A model generated the notes under the pieces. That model was given only the letters and a program-made list of their open reading frames with translations. It was not told the origin of the DNA and did not search any database. This document shows, piece by piece, positions 41,844 to 55,544 of a stretch of 64,000 nucleotides of DNA (its first letter is position 1; each line of letters starts with the position of its first letter). Position numbers and translations under genes: made by a program. Source of the stretch: Camelus dromedarius (lineage: Eukaryota); NCBI RefSeq assembly GCF_036321535.1, contig NC_087437.1:43898001-43962000 (forward strand), in the 5' to 3' direction.

Positions 41844-42706
41844 TCAGCCATCAGTTTTTTCTCTCCTCTCTTTCCCTCTCCCCTTTTTATCTCCTTTTCC
41901 TCTTGTTACATCAATTCTTCTTTCATTTTATTTTACTTTAAAGAGTGCTTAACATGAGATCTGTCCTTTTAATAAAATTTTCTTTTATGAACCATGTATT
42001 GAATATCTACTGTATTAGGTACCAGGAATGTAGAAAAGATTATTACATTTCAATCTCTATGCTTTAAATCTTCTCAGATGCACAATATGGAAAGGAAATC
42101 ATGCAGCTTGGGAAAAAAATGGCTCTACTGCAAATATATGTTTTATACTTTGATTTGTACTCCCCAGCTTCCTGTTAATCCTTCTCTCCACCTCACCTTT
42201 CTGCATGTTCTCTCTCTCTCTCTCTCTTTTTTTTTTCCAGTCCTTTTCTTTGCTCTACTGGTTGTCCTCTTTCTTTCATCTATTTATTATCAGCTTCTTT
42301 CTCTCTGTTGCTCATGTCAACTCTCTCCTACCTTGAAAAAAAACAATATGAAATAACAAAAGCTGACATGACTCCCTGGCCCTTTACACTTAAAATTCTT
42401 GAAAGAATAGTAGGCTCTCTGTGTCTTTATCTCTTCACCTTCCATTATTCTTTACCTTCTGCCATTTGACTTCTGCCCCCATGCTTTAGTAAAATTGTTT
42501 TTGGTAAAGCTTTGTTGCCAAATGCAGTGAGTACATCCAAGCTCTTTTCTTGCTGGGCTTCTGGGTAGACAATGACACTCCTAGACCATCCCTCTTTGAC
42601 AGTCTTCTCTCACCACTTTCTATGCACATTAATGATACGGCTCTCTTCAGCTTTATGACTATATGTTTAGACTCTGAGTTACTGATTAGAGTTTTATACA
42701 CTATTT

Positions 42707-42881
42707 CAGTGGTTTTGAAACTTCAGCATGCATCAGAACCACCTGGAGTATTTGTAAAACACAGATTATTGGACCCTAGATTCTCTTCTTCTATAGGTAT
42801 GGGTAGAGGAGGAAAATTCGTAACAAGTTTCCAGGTGATGCTGATCCTGCTGGTCTAGGACTCAGACTACAAGACTTACTG
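42707..42881. mobile_element. MER5A hAT-Charlie element
   Basis: cagtggttttgaaacttcagcatgcatcagaaccacctggag...taacaagtttccaggtgatgctgat..gctggtc..actg. Confidence 0.85.
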
Positions 42882-43282
42882 CTTTAACTCCATCTTGGGT
42901 TCCTCTCTTACTTTCTGTCCCTAACAGTTAATTTCTGTGACTGAGATCTGGGCTTACTCTTCTTCTCACTAAAGACTTTCTGTCCAGGCGAACTCATGTA
43001 TTTTCATGGTTCTCATGCCTCTGTCTGCAGAAATGCGTTTCATGTAGATCTTGTGACTATCTTCTGTTGAAGATATCCAACTGGTGCTAGGCATCTCCTA
43101 TGAAACGTTTCATAGGAATATACCTTGCCCATGGTTGATCAGTGCTGGAGCTGAAATTTGCATCTAAGTCTGTTTGAATCAGATGGCCCTGCTTTTAACC
43201 ACTTACTTTTACTGGCCCCTCATCTCTTTTATCATTGCACTAGTTCAGACCTCCTTTACCTTTGAGACAATGAAGGCTTCTA

Positions 43283-43823
43283 TGTCAGGGACCCCAAGAC
43301 CATCCCCAAGTCTGCTATTTCTCTAGGCCTCAGCATATAGTTGTATTCATGGCCATGACTGATTGCAGTGAAAGGGTACCAAAATAAACCAATAAAGGCA
43401 AACGGCACATTGAGTAGAGCCTGGAGGAAACCAAGCACAAGATTCCAAGGGTCCCCTCCCAGCGGAGTCACACAGGACATGTGTAAGTCCTCCAGCAAGG
43501 ACTCATAACAACATGGGTGCAATGTTGTCTCTAGAGAAGCTCACTGGAGATCAATGCCCAGGGTTTTTATTGGAAATGAACCACATACACACTCTTTGTC
43601 AGACACATCCAAGATTCTGGTCTCTTAGAAGAAAATCAGGTGTTCAGCATAAACTTTATTGTTTCCACAAATAGGTTAGGCGCAGCTACATATTCTTATC
43701 AGGTGATGCCAGCAAACTCTTGAAATCAAAGTTTCCAGATGCCAACCAAGGGCCAACCTGGCCAACAGGCCGTTGTGAGGATAGCAGTCTCAGGCCTATT
43801 CCGTTCACTCTCTTCTCTGTACC
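43283..43823 (-). mobile_element. MER68-like ERVL solo LTR, full length
   Basis: tgtcagggaccccaagacc...ccaagggccaacct..aggatagcagtctcaggcct; 5-bp TSD ttcta at 43278-43282 and 43824-43828. Confidence 0.85.
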
Positions 43824-45199
43824 TTCTAGGGAGTCTTTCTATATACAATCTTTTTCCTCTCTCATTTCCATCTCCACACTGCAGCAGAGTGAGACATTTA
43901 AAATGCAAATCTGATCATATCCTTCCTTAGCTTAAAACTCTATCATTTTTAGTTCTCAATAAATGGGATAGAAGGGATTCACTCGCGAAGTCTTTGGGAT
44001 CATAATTGTTGCAATTAGTGTGTTCTGATTTTGTAATATGAGATATTCACTCACTTATTTTAACTTCAGGACTTAGAAGAGTGTCCCATTGAATGCTGTG
44101 GTTGGGGATCCCCTTTTCCACCACTGCTCATTTTCTGGACAGACTTGATCTGTCCTGGCTTCCAGCTGTCTTAACAATGGAAGGTTTCCTCTCGTGGCAC
44201 CTTCTCTCCTATGTTATATTTATTTGTGTGCATATTTCATCTCTGTGTTATAAGCTATTTGAGAAAATGATCCATGTCTCACTCTCTTTATCCCTCAGAT
44301 TAATCCCCAGTGGCTAAATACCTATCACTTAGTTAGCTTTTAGTATGTAGGTTGAATGAGTGAACGAATGACTAGAAGTGGAAATAATGGTCTGTATTTA
44401 TTTCTGAAACGGTTACTTATCTAATTTTATGAGTAGCCATTTGTAAGTATTATTCAGATTAAAATCCTAATAAATTAAAAGAAACATAGAAGGATATTTA
44501 AGTAGAAATTAATTACAATCCCCTATTTTAAAAATATTTAGTTACATACTTTGATTTAGTGAAATTAGATTTAAGTGCATTATTTATTTTTATCCTTTGC
44601 ATCAATTTTTAAGCAGAGACTTTTATTTTTGTTTTCTCCCTCTGAAACCACATTTCTGTAGAAATTGTTGCTTAATTAGGGCTGTGCTATATTATATATA
44701 CAGGACTTATTTTCAAGTGAAAGTGGTGGATTTCTGCATAGCCAAAGAAACTATAATTTATCTTGGTATCAGAAACTTATTATAATTGGTAATCTCAAGT
44801 GATAGTTTGATTTTTTTTACCAGTTAGGCAAATATATATATTCTCAGTGTCCTGATAAAGAAGATGATGAGAATATATAATTTGTTCATGATATGCATTT
44901 TTTTAAAATTTTTCAGGTTTTCAGTAGTAATTTGTATATATGTTCTTAATAGTCAAATCAAAGGCTCTTAGATTTGCATAGAAAAAATTATCCAAAAAGT
45001 TGACTCACAGATATTGCTAGGTTATATGTGTGGGAATGTCTGTGTGAGTGTGTATTTGTGTGTGGGTAACTTCTTCATAAAATATAAAATAAATATGTGG
45101 ATTCATAAGCAAATGTATATACTTATAAAGATATTATCAAGCCTTCTTGGGCTGCTGTCACCTTTGAAATGCTAAGGACATAATGTTAAACTCTCATAT

Positions 45200-45620
45200 C
45201 TATTATGTGATGAAAGTCTTTTGAGGACGTGCCTTTGTCATATGTCTGTGGCAACCATAAGCATGTTGTCTCTGGCTACAATATGGAGACGTATGGTAGC
45301 GGCACCATGCGCCGTTCTAATGGTGCTTTATCTAGTCTACTGTGACAAATAATTCTCCTCAGCCTGTCCGTGGTGACAGCTGAGACTTTTTGCTTAGATG
45401 CCTTGACAGTGCTTGTATTAAGCAGCGAGAGCCATACACTCCATTAAGTTTCTGTAAAATGAACTGTCTACTTCTTGCTGTTTTGCTGATAGTGGCAGCA
45501 GTTGTAAGCTAATCCTCTCCAGTTGTGGATTGCTCGACTGAGTGCTTTCACTCATCGACAGGTACTAGGTCTCATAGTTTTAGCAGAGTGGCTACAAGGT
45601 TGATAGCTATAATAGGTGAG
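45200..45620. promoter_or_regulatory. putative conserved non-coding/regulatory element
   Basis: No recognisable repeat, 9 CpGs in about 330 bp, RE1-like and RFX-like motifs. Confidence 0.4.
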
Positions 45621-48600
45621 ACAACATTTATTTCATAGCAGGTTTTTTTTTTTTTTAGCAATTATTTACTCTAAATTAGACTGCAAATATGTACCTAACT
45701 AGGAGAAAACTGACTTTCTAGATGGTGAAGTTATTGATGCTTTTTTCACAACACATGACTATTCATAGGCTCTTGGCACAAAAGACATAAACATAAGAAG
45801 GGTGTGTCTCTGAGTAACTGTCTACATTTAAGTGTATGTGCGTTAATGAAAGCTACACATTTCCTAATATGTTTAAGTAAATTTTTAAAAATATGTCTTC
45901 TTTAATTTCTTAAACAAAATCAGGTATTGGAGATACTGGTATCTGATTATTTTCAATATATGGGGAAAATATATCTTCAGATTGTTTTCTCCTTTAAATG
46001 ATTGGTAAGTTCCCTTAAGCTATTTCTTATTATATTTATGCATTTTATTAAACTCTCGTATTCTTTTACTTTTCCCTCCACAGAAAGGTATTTGTGATAA
46101 TCCTTCACTAGGTGTTACAAAGACCACTTTTGTCAACATACACCTTGAATTTGACTTGAAAAGCCAATGGAAACCTTGGTACTCCATGTGCAGGCAGCTT
46201 TTATTTATACGTGTAATCACTGGGCATTCTCAATGATGGAGTACATCTTTGATGAGGACAAATAAGGACAGAAGTGTTTACAAGGTTGAACATTAATTTT
46301 GATAGAAGTTTAGAAATTGAATTTTTAACTTTTAAGAACTCAGTTTTTAAAAGAAATTGCACGTAGGAAAGGCAAATCTTTGTAGTATTCCATTTTTTCA
46401 AAAAAGTCTAAGCCCTTGTAATGTAACATAATAACCTCTTATAATGCCTCATTGGATATATTATGCCTAATAGCACTTCAGTAAAATGAGAACGTTTTGG
46501 TATGATTTCTGAGCACATTTTTGCAGATGTTAGTGATTGTATAGATTTGGAAATTAAGTTGTGCTCCAGTCCCCAAAGCTTTTAGATCTCTAGCAGAGGG
46601 TAAAGCACATTCTCAGTTGTATATGAGGAATCATTAATGTTGTCTGTCCTAGAGCATCAAACTCTTTGAGGGGTTAATGTTCTAAGGATGAGGATGAATT
46701 TTATTCAGCTGGATTGGGGACATTTTGTGCTTTGATAAACTGTTCTCTAGCATGAAATTCATTAGCTCTTCAGACTACATAGGTAACAATTAGAGATTTA
46801 AAAGCAGTAATCTTACAAATAACTTAGTGCTGTGTAATAGTGCATTTACCTCATACAGGTGACTATTTCCTGCTGTAGGCTATTCTTAAGGCAAAGTTTC
46901 CCTAGAGCAAGGAAAATTACTTTATTATTGTAGGAGAAAAGAAGGTTTTGATGAATCAGAAAGTAGACCAGAAAAGGCTTGCTCACAGGTCCAGCTGCAC
47001 ATTAGTTAAGAAGCTATTAGGTGACTTTAAAGAATAAAATGTGTACCCTTCCTTTTTAGAGAGCCTGGGAACTGAGTCTGATCTGCCTTTCTTTCAGTTA
47101 CTAAAAATCCATCATCTAGCGATGGTTTACACAGCATCCCACACATCTTTCTGCCCCAGCTTTTCTGCCTGTGGTTCACTTTGAAATGTTAGTTGTACCA
47201 GCAATTGATAGAGATGATTTTCCTCCCTCCACTACTTCTGTTAACAAAAATGGATTGGAAGAGTGAGGGAAAGCAGGAAACAGTTACAGAGAAGTAGCAC
47301 CACAACCGAAAGGATTCAAAGAATGTCTTTTGAGGAGTTAAGGAAGATTTTTAATCTTCTTATAAGCCCAAGGAAAAAATTGCAAGAAAATCATGTTTAC
47401 TTTTCTTAGGGACCTGTATCATTGATTATATTAGCAAAGCTTGCACTACTTAGTGTAACTGGCTTTTGTATATGATGTCTTCCTCTCTCCCCCTCTTGTC
47501 CTCCTGCTGCCTCTCTCCATCTCTCTCTCTCTGTCTTTATCTCTGTCTCTCTCTTACTGTTAACCACATTTGGGATCCGCACTAGGATATTAAATATACA
47601 TTTTAAAGTGAGGGAAATGCCTAATATGTATGAGACACTTAAAATTTGCTAAATAACTGTAAAAACAAATCCATAGTTCTTATTTTATTAAGTCAAGCTA
47701 TAAAAAAGCTCTAGAACAATGAAACTAAAATCTTATACAGTACATTGAAAATGTTCTGTGGAAGTTTAACCCCAAGGCACAGAAGTAAATCTAAACAGTT
47801 TGTTGTACTTATATCAACTGTGTAATAACATACTGTAAATTATACATGAATACAAGGGAATTAGTTTCCATGCAAAGAGTACCTAATTTGAACTCCCAAA
47901 CCCAGATGTGAGTTTCAGAGTATTTATGGAGTTCCCACAGGGTATATAACATGGTACTTGATGTTGAAAGTGTAGAGGAGAACATGCTTTTTTAAAGATG
48001 TAATAAATCTGATGGGAAATATAAAATGAACATTAACATTAACACAGCTTTTCACTAAGGAATTTACCCATATACTTCTGATCACACTTAAGATAGCAGC
48101 AGAACATATAAATCATAGGGTGCTTTAAAGTGAAGTTGGAAGTAGATTGGAGTGAAGACTTTTATAACATTGTACCTTATTGTTATTTAATTAGGAATAG
48201 CAAGGCACATTTTTTTGTACAGGCCCTAAAGGATGGCTGACTGTTTATATATCATCTCAGAGTATTTCTTTGGTGTTTTGGGATCATTCATTCAAAATCA
48301 TCCTGAATTTAAACTGGAAATTGTAATTTCTGGTACCAAGAAGTATGTGTATACTTCCAGTGAAATTGAAAACTATTCCTGTCTGTGTTAATGTCCAGAG
48401 GACGCACTGGCTGGGTATTAAATCTGATGACAAAATCACATAAGTTTCCACATCCGCTGTATAAGAATTTGGGGACTGCCAAAAAAGTTCATACTGGTAA
48501 GCCTCCCACTAACAAAGCCTATGCAGTAAGTTCCAGTTACTCCTAGGATGGAAAAGTGGATCCCAGCAACAGTTAAGTGTTCTCTGTAATACAAGACTAT

Positions 48601-49699
48601 GCAATTTTCTGTTTTTGTGTCCTAGTATTCTTGATTGCTTGTATGGAACCTTAAAATTTCAATATACTCACATTTAGATTTTTGTACGTTTAATTCATAT
48701 ACTTACATACACCGACGATGTAGTCTTAGTACTCATTAAATATCAATACTCAGTGTGAAAAATAGTAAGCTTGCATGATCTTAGTATCCAGTAGGTAAGT
48801 AATTCAACTGATACAATTTGGAATTTTTAATTTCATTTAGTCATTCAACTTTTGGGGGATACCAAATATTCTGCAAAGGCCCAGTAATACAAAGATGAGT
48901 AAGACAGAATTTCTGCCTTAAATCATTAAATCCAGTGGCAGAGGCTTTTAATCTGTTACTTTAGCTTATTGAGAAAGTAAATTTGATTGACAAAATGTGG
49001 TTCAAATTTTATCTAACTCAGAATATTTTTCCATACTTACAGAAATAATTCACTTACCATTTTAAAAATATGTCTGGGGGCCAAGCTCTGTGCTATTTGT
49101 GTGCCTTAAGAAGAACACTGAAGAAAAATATAAATCATAAATTTAGTCATTGGATTCTCATTATAGTTCTCTTTTTAATTATGATTTTATATGGGGAGAG
49201 AAAAACTTGGACATTTGCGGACAAATTATACAATTTAATGTACAAAACTGTATGGTAGTTTCCTTACAGTAAAATGCTTCTTTACTGGAAAGGATTTTTA
49301 TGTAGCACAGCATTGCTTCCAATTTTGGGAAGTAACAAAAACAAACTGTATGTAAATAATGGAATTGATCAGAGTCCAAAAGAGATCATCCTGACATTAT
49401 TAATTAGGCTTACATCTACAGAGCAGTTCTTCCTTCCATTGTAGATCCTGGTGTCTATCATAGATAACCCTTCCTAGAAGGGTTAAATGAAGCAGGCATC
49501 TTTAGTTCTGCATAAAAATCTACTAACTTAGCAGACGCAAGAATCAGGGCTGATTTGCCAAGGATCATTTATCGACTTGGTGGAGAATGGACCAATCTTC
49601 TTTTTGATACAATTTAAAAATAAATTAGTATAACTGTGTTTATATACTTTCAAGCCTGTATCTAGCTTATACAGTCTCTAAAGGGGGAATGTATGATAT

Positions 49700-50005
49700 G
49701 TGGATTTGTCCTCTGAAAAGGGTCATGACTAGCTAGACTCCATCTTCGCTGAGGTTCAAAGAAGAGAAAAGCATCTTACGTTGTAAAAGGAAGAAACTGG
49801 TTTAGACACAAAGAAGAAATTCTTGATAGCATTACATCCAGAACTGGCTATCTAAGAGGTTTTAATTTTTTTTTTCTGGATGCCTTTTCGGAATGTAATA
49901 GATAGTAACTCAGCATGGATGGTTTAGGTATAGCCATTTCTTGAAGGGTATATACAAAAATGACTTCCTGAGGTCAGTACTGCCCCATAATTCCATGCTT
50001 TCATT
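49700..50005 (+). mobile_element. L3/CR1-like 3' end
   Basis: tttagacacaaagaagaaattcttga...atgacttcctgaggtc..gccccataattccatgc resembles a CR1 tail. Confidence 0.5.
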
Positions 50006-53000
50006 ATCCATTTTAAAATTTGTTCCATAAATTGCTTGTCCACTTTTAGTAAATTGCTATATTTCCTAGCGAGAAGGTTGAATAAAGACTCTCATAAATT
50101 CAGTGATGCTGTACTGGTGGCAAAAATAAAAGTATGAGTTAAATATCAAAGTATTAAATTCTATCAACTCACCATGATCTCCATCCACTAAGGCTTTAAA
50201 ATTTTTTTATTCACTCTGCTTAATTAAGTATCCCAGACATAAATAAGATTTTTGTTTACTGTAACACAACAGAACCTAGAATGAAAGTCTTCTGAGTTAA
50301 AGCAGTTATTTCCTGCCCCAAGGACTATATGAACCAGCAAAGCTCAGGACTCAACCTTGGGTTGATCTACTGAAAGGAATCAAGAAACACATAAAGGATT
50401 CTGCAGGGTTATAAGCTAAAGAAGAATGATGTCTTCCTGTCTTTTTTGGAGCCAAAACTTTTAAAGTTTTCTTTATAGCTTCTGCTTTATTTGGTGATCA
50501 CAACCAAAAATAAGTTCAAAAACAACTTGAAGGTCTTCAGAATAATTCTTCAAAAAATTTCTTTTCTGGTCTCATCTACATTGAGACTTAATTTTTGTAA
50601 GGATTATTTTAGTTATAAGAACAACTATTAAAAGAATAGTGCATGTTGGCTTAAGTAATTATATCAACCTCTAGTACTAAAAACAGTTTTAAAAGCTAAC
50701 ACCTGTTAGTAAAACTAAAGTCAAAGCAAAGGATATTTAAGAAACTAAAATAGGTCCATTAACCATTCACTGCATATGACAAAGCTTACAAATGAATAAT
50801 GGAATCTGAGTCCAATTCTTTAAAGAAATTAATGCTGAAATGGTTCGCAATGAGGACAAATGCTACTTTTTTCAACACTATGGCCAAGATTGAAGCAGAA
50901 GCAATTCCTCATAGATACTGAAATTAGATTAATGCCAGCATTTAGTAATGTGACATGGATGGGTAGATCATATTGCTTCTACTGTCTCATTATGGATGTT
51001 TGGTGATATTGTTTGAATTCAACTATGTAATTTCTCTTTAAATGGTCTGAGCAGGATTTTCATTTATACATTACATTTTAAATTAGCTTGAACACCCTTT
51101 CCAATCCCAGCACCCTGGGTTTTCTTGACTTTTCATTGTTGCCTTTCTATCTCTTTGTATTTTCAGCTGAAGAGTTGAAGCCAAATTTTGTAAAACATGT
51201 TCTCTTCCATGCTGAGATCCTCTATGCCAACAATCTCCCTGGAGCGTGTGCTTTAGTAATAAGCCCTGAAAATGGGAACTGATAATGGAAATACTGGCAG
51301 CCCCTTATACAACAGGGGTGCTAGCCTGCTTGTCTGTAATTAGGAATCTGATTAGAAATAAGAGATGCTTTTGGTCTTCAATTTCAAGTTATGAAATGAA
51401 GGGATTTGAGTTTGTCTCACTTGTGGCAGATGGTAAATTTCTGTCACACTGCAGCTTTCTGAGTCTGACCACAAAGAGCTTTTTCTTTGGAATATGTTTA
51501 CCAAGCAAATGGTAACTGTGCTTTCTTATTCTGTATGTAACTACTGTTTGTTTTTTAAAAATACCTATTTCCCTGACAATCTTCTTAATATTTTTAGGTT
51601 TTATTCTCTTATTTATTCCCATCCTTTCCATAGTTGAGTATTTTCCTATCCATGCCCTAAAGCATAAAATAGCGAAATAGTGACAGCACTATTTACAAAA
51701 TGCTTAGTGTATACCGTGTAGCACACTTGGTGAACTATGTATTTCTAACGTAACTCTCTTGTGAGTCCTATGAAATTGATGTTATTATTATCCTCATTTC
51801 ACAAATGAGAGCACAATCATATATCTGAAAAAGTGATAGGGCTCATATTCTCTGTCACTGAGCTGTGTCATCACCGTGTATTAAAAAGCGCCCATACACA
51901 GAAAACCATTTTAATTAAGTAAGTTAGTCCCCTTGGTCATTGGTCCATATTCATCCTTTTTCATTCGACAAATATTAATTGACACCTACTATGGGCCAGA
52001 TGTTGTGTAAGGCTCTGGGAATGCAAACATTAAGGAGTCCAGTCCCTGCCCTTGCGATGCTTACAGACAAATTAAATGCAATATTAACAGTGCCTAAGAC
52101 AATAGATACCAAAAAGTGGTCACCCCAGGTGCTGCAGCAAATGCACAGGGTTGCTGCAAAATATTTAAATACACAGCAACATCTATTGGAGATCGTGAAC
52201 TACTTTCAGTTTGTCTGTATTTTTTTTCAAATGGTTACAAAATTAATAGGACATAAATACTTCTTGTGGTGTTTAGACCTACCCACTTAATAAATAGAAC
52301 TATTCAGTATTTCTTTTGGCCTAGAATACTATTAGAACATTATTAAGAACACCATAAACAGAACAAATTTAGGAATCTCTGGCCTATCGCAGTTTTAAAT
52401 TTTCATCAGAGTAATTTGAAGAACCAGACATAGTTCAACTAGGGAACTCTTGTAGGAACTCAGGATTCAGGAGATCAAAATGAGTCTGTTGATAATGAAA
52501 GCGATATCCAATTGGGGATGCAGAAATACTTGCATGTTTTTCTCACAAAGGTATTTAAATAAATCTCATTTAAATGAACTTGAGTGGCTGCTGGATAATA
52601 GTTAATTTGAATTCAAATTATAAAAGATTTTTAGGAAATAGGTCAAAATGCTTTTCTTTTAGTGAACTAATTACATGATTTGGCTTTTGTCTAAGTAATA
52701 GAAACATAATGGGCTATCAATCTTATTAACTTGAAGATGGCATATTTTGGACACTTTATGCTACTGTCTTTTTACCTTAGGCAAACTGAATGTACTGAAT
52801 AACAAGAGCATATTATGCTGTCACCTTAAGAATATATGATTATAGCACCTCAGTGGATAGGTAGACATCTCATAGGAAAATAACTGTAAATTGGAGGCAG
52901 AGCTGTATTTGACAGTCCGATGTCTATACTCTCCTAGTTTCCTCTGTCTAGTTCAAAATTGCCAAAAACTTTGCTAGTAATTTGACTCCTGGAGCATGTT

Positions 53001-53354
53001 GAAATTGCAAGCAATGTTCCCCTAGCTACTTTTTCAGGAAAAGATGATTATGTGATGCTAAGAGGATTTGTTGACAAGAGGGAGAATTTTTATTGCACAA
53101 GTTTGCTTTCAAGGAAAAAAAAAAGAGAATCAATAACAGTTGAATCATTTTCTGCAAGATTAGAGAGATTACCACTGGGACTTGCTCCCATTATCTCAGA
53201 GCTAAGACTTAACTATGCTTTTCATATCACCAAGTGAGGGAGTGAAGGATGAGAGAGCATGAATGAATCATCAGGGAGAACATACGGAGGAGAAAACAGT
53301 ATTCATGAAATACATGCTTACACGTAAGGTCTGTATATGCATGTGTATAAGATA

Positions 53355-53570
53355 GAGTGGCATTGTTGAAAAGGTCATTTTGATTAAGAGAAGATCTGGA
53401 CTCAACTCTTATTTCTGCTGTTTATTTATAATATGATCTTAAGCCTGTTACTTAACCTCACTGAGCTTTAGTTCCCACAACTATAAAGGAACATTGTATG
53501 AAGAAGTTAATGAGACAATATAGGTAAAACACTTAGGGCAGAGATAGCCTTGTATACAATAAGCTTGATC
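53355..53570 (+). mobile_element. MIR SINE
   Basis: gttacttaacctcactgagctttagttccc..ctataaa core. Confidence 0.7.
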
Positions 53571-54054
53571 AGTCACATTTGACTGCTAGTAAAAGAGTCA
53601 CTAATAAAATATACAGAACAGGAGTTGATTTTTTTCTCTGTTATAAAAAAGGTTTGGAAAGTTGTCATCTTCATCTGGGAAGGTGGCTTCATGATTTCAT
53701 TAGGATTCAGCTTTTGGCTTCCCCATCCATGGCATGAGATTCTCAAGATCTCATCCTGGTTCAAGATGGTACTGAAGTTCTGACCATCATACTCAGACTG
53801 GAGAAAGAAAGAAGGAAGGAGGGGAAAAAGAACAAGAAAAAGCATGTGACAGCTGTCTGTGCCTTTAGATGATGTTTCCTGAAGATTCTATACAACAAAT
53901 TGTTACATTTCTTTAGCTGTAACTTAGTGACATGGCCAAACTAATCTGGAAAATGTTGCCTTTTTAGCTGGGCACCTGCATTGCTGGAATTAACAAGGTC
54001 TTGTTAAAAGATTCTCTCAGAATGAAGAGGATGGGCAACTCATGGTTTCTCACA
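53571..54054 (-). mobile_element. MLT1 (J/K-like) MaLR LTR
   Basis: caagatgg..aacttagtgacatggcca..ctggaaaatg..tttagctgggcac..atgggcaact..tctcaca. Confidence 0.75.
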
Positions 54055-54711
54055 TGAGCTCTAAATAGTGCTCATTTAATATGAGCCTTTATTTCTTCAC
54101 TGCTAAACTGAGTATAATGATATCTGATTTCTTGGCTTGATGAGAGGGTAAAATAGGACTGGATGTGCAAGGTTACTGTCATCATTTGTTGAATAAATAT
54201 GAAAGCTTCAGTGTTTCAATTCTAAGGTATCATATAGCATCTGTTGTGTTTCTTTAAATTGCTCTCATTTCTAAATCTCTAGCCAACTTCTTGAGTATTT
54301 TTTGATGCTGTTGTTATTAGAAACTAACAATATTTTAACTTTTAACATTCTTACATCCATTTTATGACTGTTTTCAGAGATCTGAATGGATTTTTATAAC
54401 AAGCGATTCAAACTCTTCACCTAAAATGTAAATAAGAGCCAAATTACTTTATATAAAACTTTATAAAATGCAACCCATCCAAATTTACTTGGAAAATAGG
54501 ATGATCCTATTTAGTAGTAAATTTACCTTAGTGTTCTATTTAACATATAATAATGAAAATTAGAAAAAAATTCACATATGCTAACATTTTACTTATAGTT
54601 TGAAATTTCAGGAAGTAGCTATCTTATTTCAAGATCTTTGAAAATATTTTATATTTGTTAAAAAGTTTACAACTAATGATTCACTTATGCATATAATATC
54701 TCATTCCCTCA

Positions 54712-54722
54712 TAGTAGTAGTA

Positions 54723-54759
<37 letters not shown>
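54712..54759. repeat. (TAG)4(TAA)n microsatellite
   Basis: Read directly; source of the poly-Tyr in ORF 54681-54881. Confidence 0.95.
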
Positions 54760-54761
<2 letters not shown>

Positions 54762-54849
54762 CTTCTGTAAGTTTATAATTTTTTTAAAGTTGGAGGAGAA
54801 ATAAGAACTGCTCAAGGAGCCACAGATCATTTTAGAATTGGCATATAAA

Positions 54850-55275
54850 TTTTGTTCTTCTAAGTCCAGTGTGTGTTTCATTCTATGACAGTGATCTCCA
54901 TTTTGAGCATCAGGTCTATGGTCATTGGCATCATGTGGAGATCGGCTGCACTGATTCTACGTCATAAACCTAACATGTTAATTTCAGAATGATTAATAGT
55001 TACCTGGATTGGGATCTCTAAAAGGCAGAATTGTAACAGTCATATGTATCTTTGAAATTGCCTTGTTACAGTCACTTAGACATTTTGAGGCTATTAGCCA
55101 TTAAGTAGGATTATTTGAAATGAAGCAGTTTATTCAAAATACTGTTACATCTTGGTGTTCACGTTGCTGTTGTTTACCTAGGAACACTATGTTCTGCATT
55201 TTCTTCAGACAGTCTTTCTCTGTTGGTAAGATTTTCATATCGATTCTGAGGTAGTAAATATTCACAGATAGAATG
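54850..55275 (+). repeat. diverged direct repeat, copy 1
   Basis: Collinear with 63530-64000; 55114-55240 vs 63841-63967 aligns without gaps at 100/127 nt (hand count). Confidence 0.9.
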
Positions 55276-55544
55276 ATCTAGATAATATCCTCAGAATTAC
55301 ATTGTTACAAGCTTCTTTGGTTTAATGACTGTAAGCTAAAATTTCAGAAAATTCCTTTTTACTGTCCGTGGTATTTATACCATGACCAATACCAAAAGCC
55401 CATAAAGTATTGAACAATTGGTATTATTTTTTTTCCTTTTGGAGGCATTTTGTTTTCACAAAACAAAACTAACCTGAAAAAAACTTCAAGTGGTAAGAAA
55501 AATTTCAAGTTGTAAGTCAGATTTGAAAAAGTATTTTAAATATT

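Larger units (their letters stand above)
42340..44372 (+). mobile_element. L2 fragments, interrupted by MER5A and MER68-like insertions
   Basis: Pyrimidine-rich L2 body (ttgccaaatgcagtg; tttaaaatgcaaatctgatcata) ending gttgaatgagtgaacgaatga. Confidence 0.7.

Noticed and set aside
4255..43823. Two MER68-like LTRs as the ends of one provirus
   Set aside because: 39 kb apart, no internal ERV sequence seen, and the second has its own TSD
45207..45383. C/D box snoRNA (GTGATGA...CTGA)
   Set aside because: Boxes about 170 nt apart, no terminal stem or recognisable guide
54990..55110. Minus-strand 'RDPNPGNY' as a CR1/L2 reverse-transcriptase motif
   Set aside because: Spacing to the upstream W..A motif does not fit and copy 2 does not preserve it; not excluded without an HMM search
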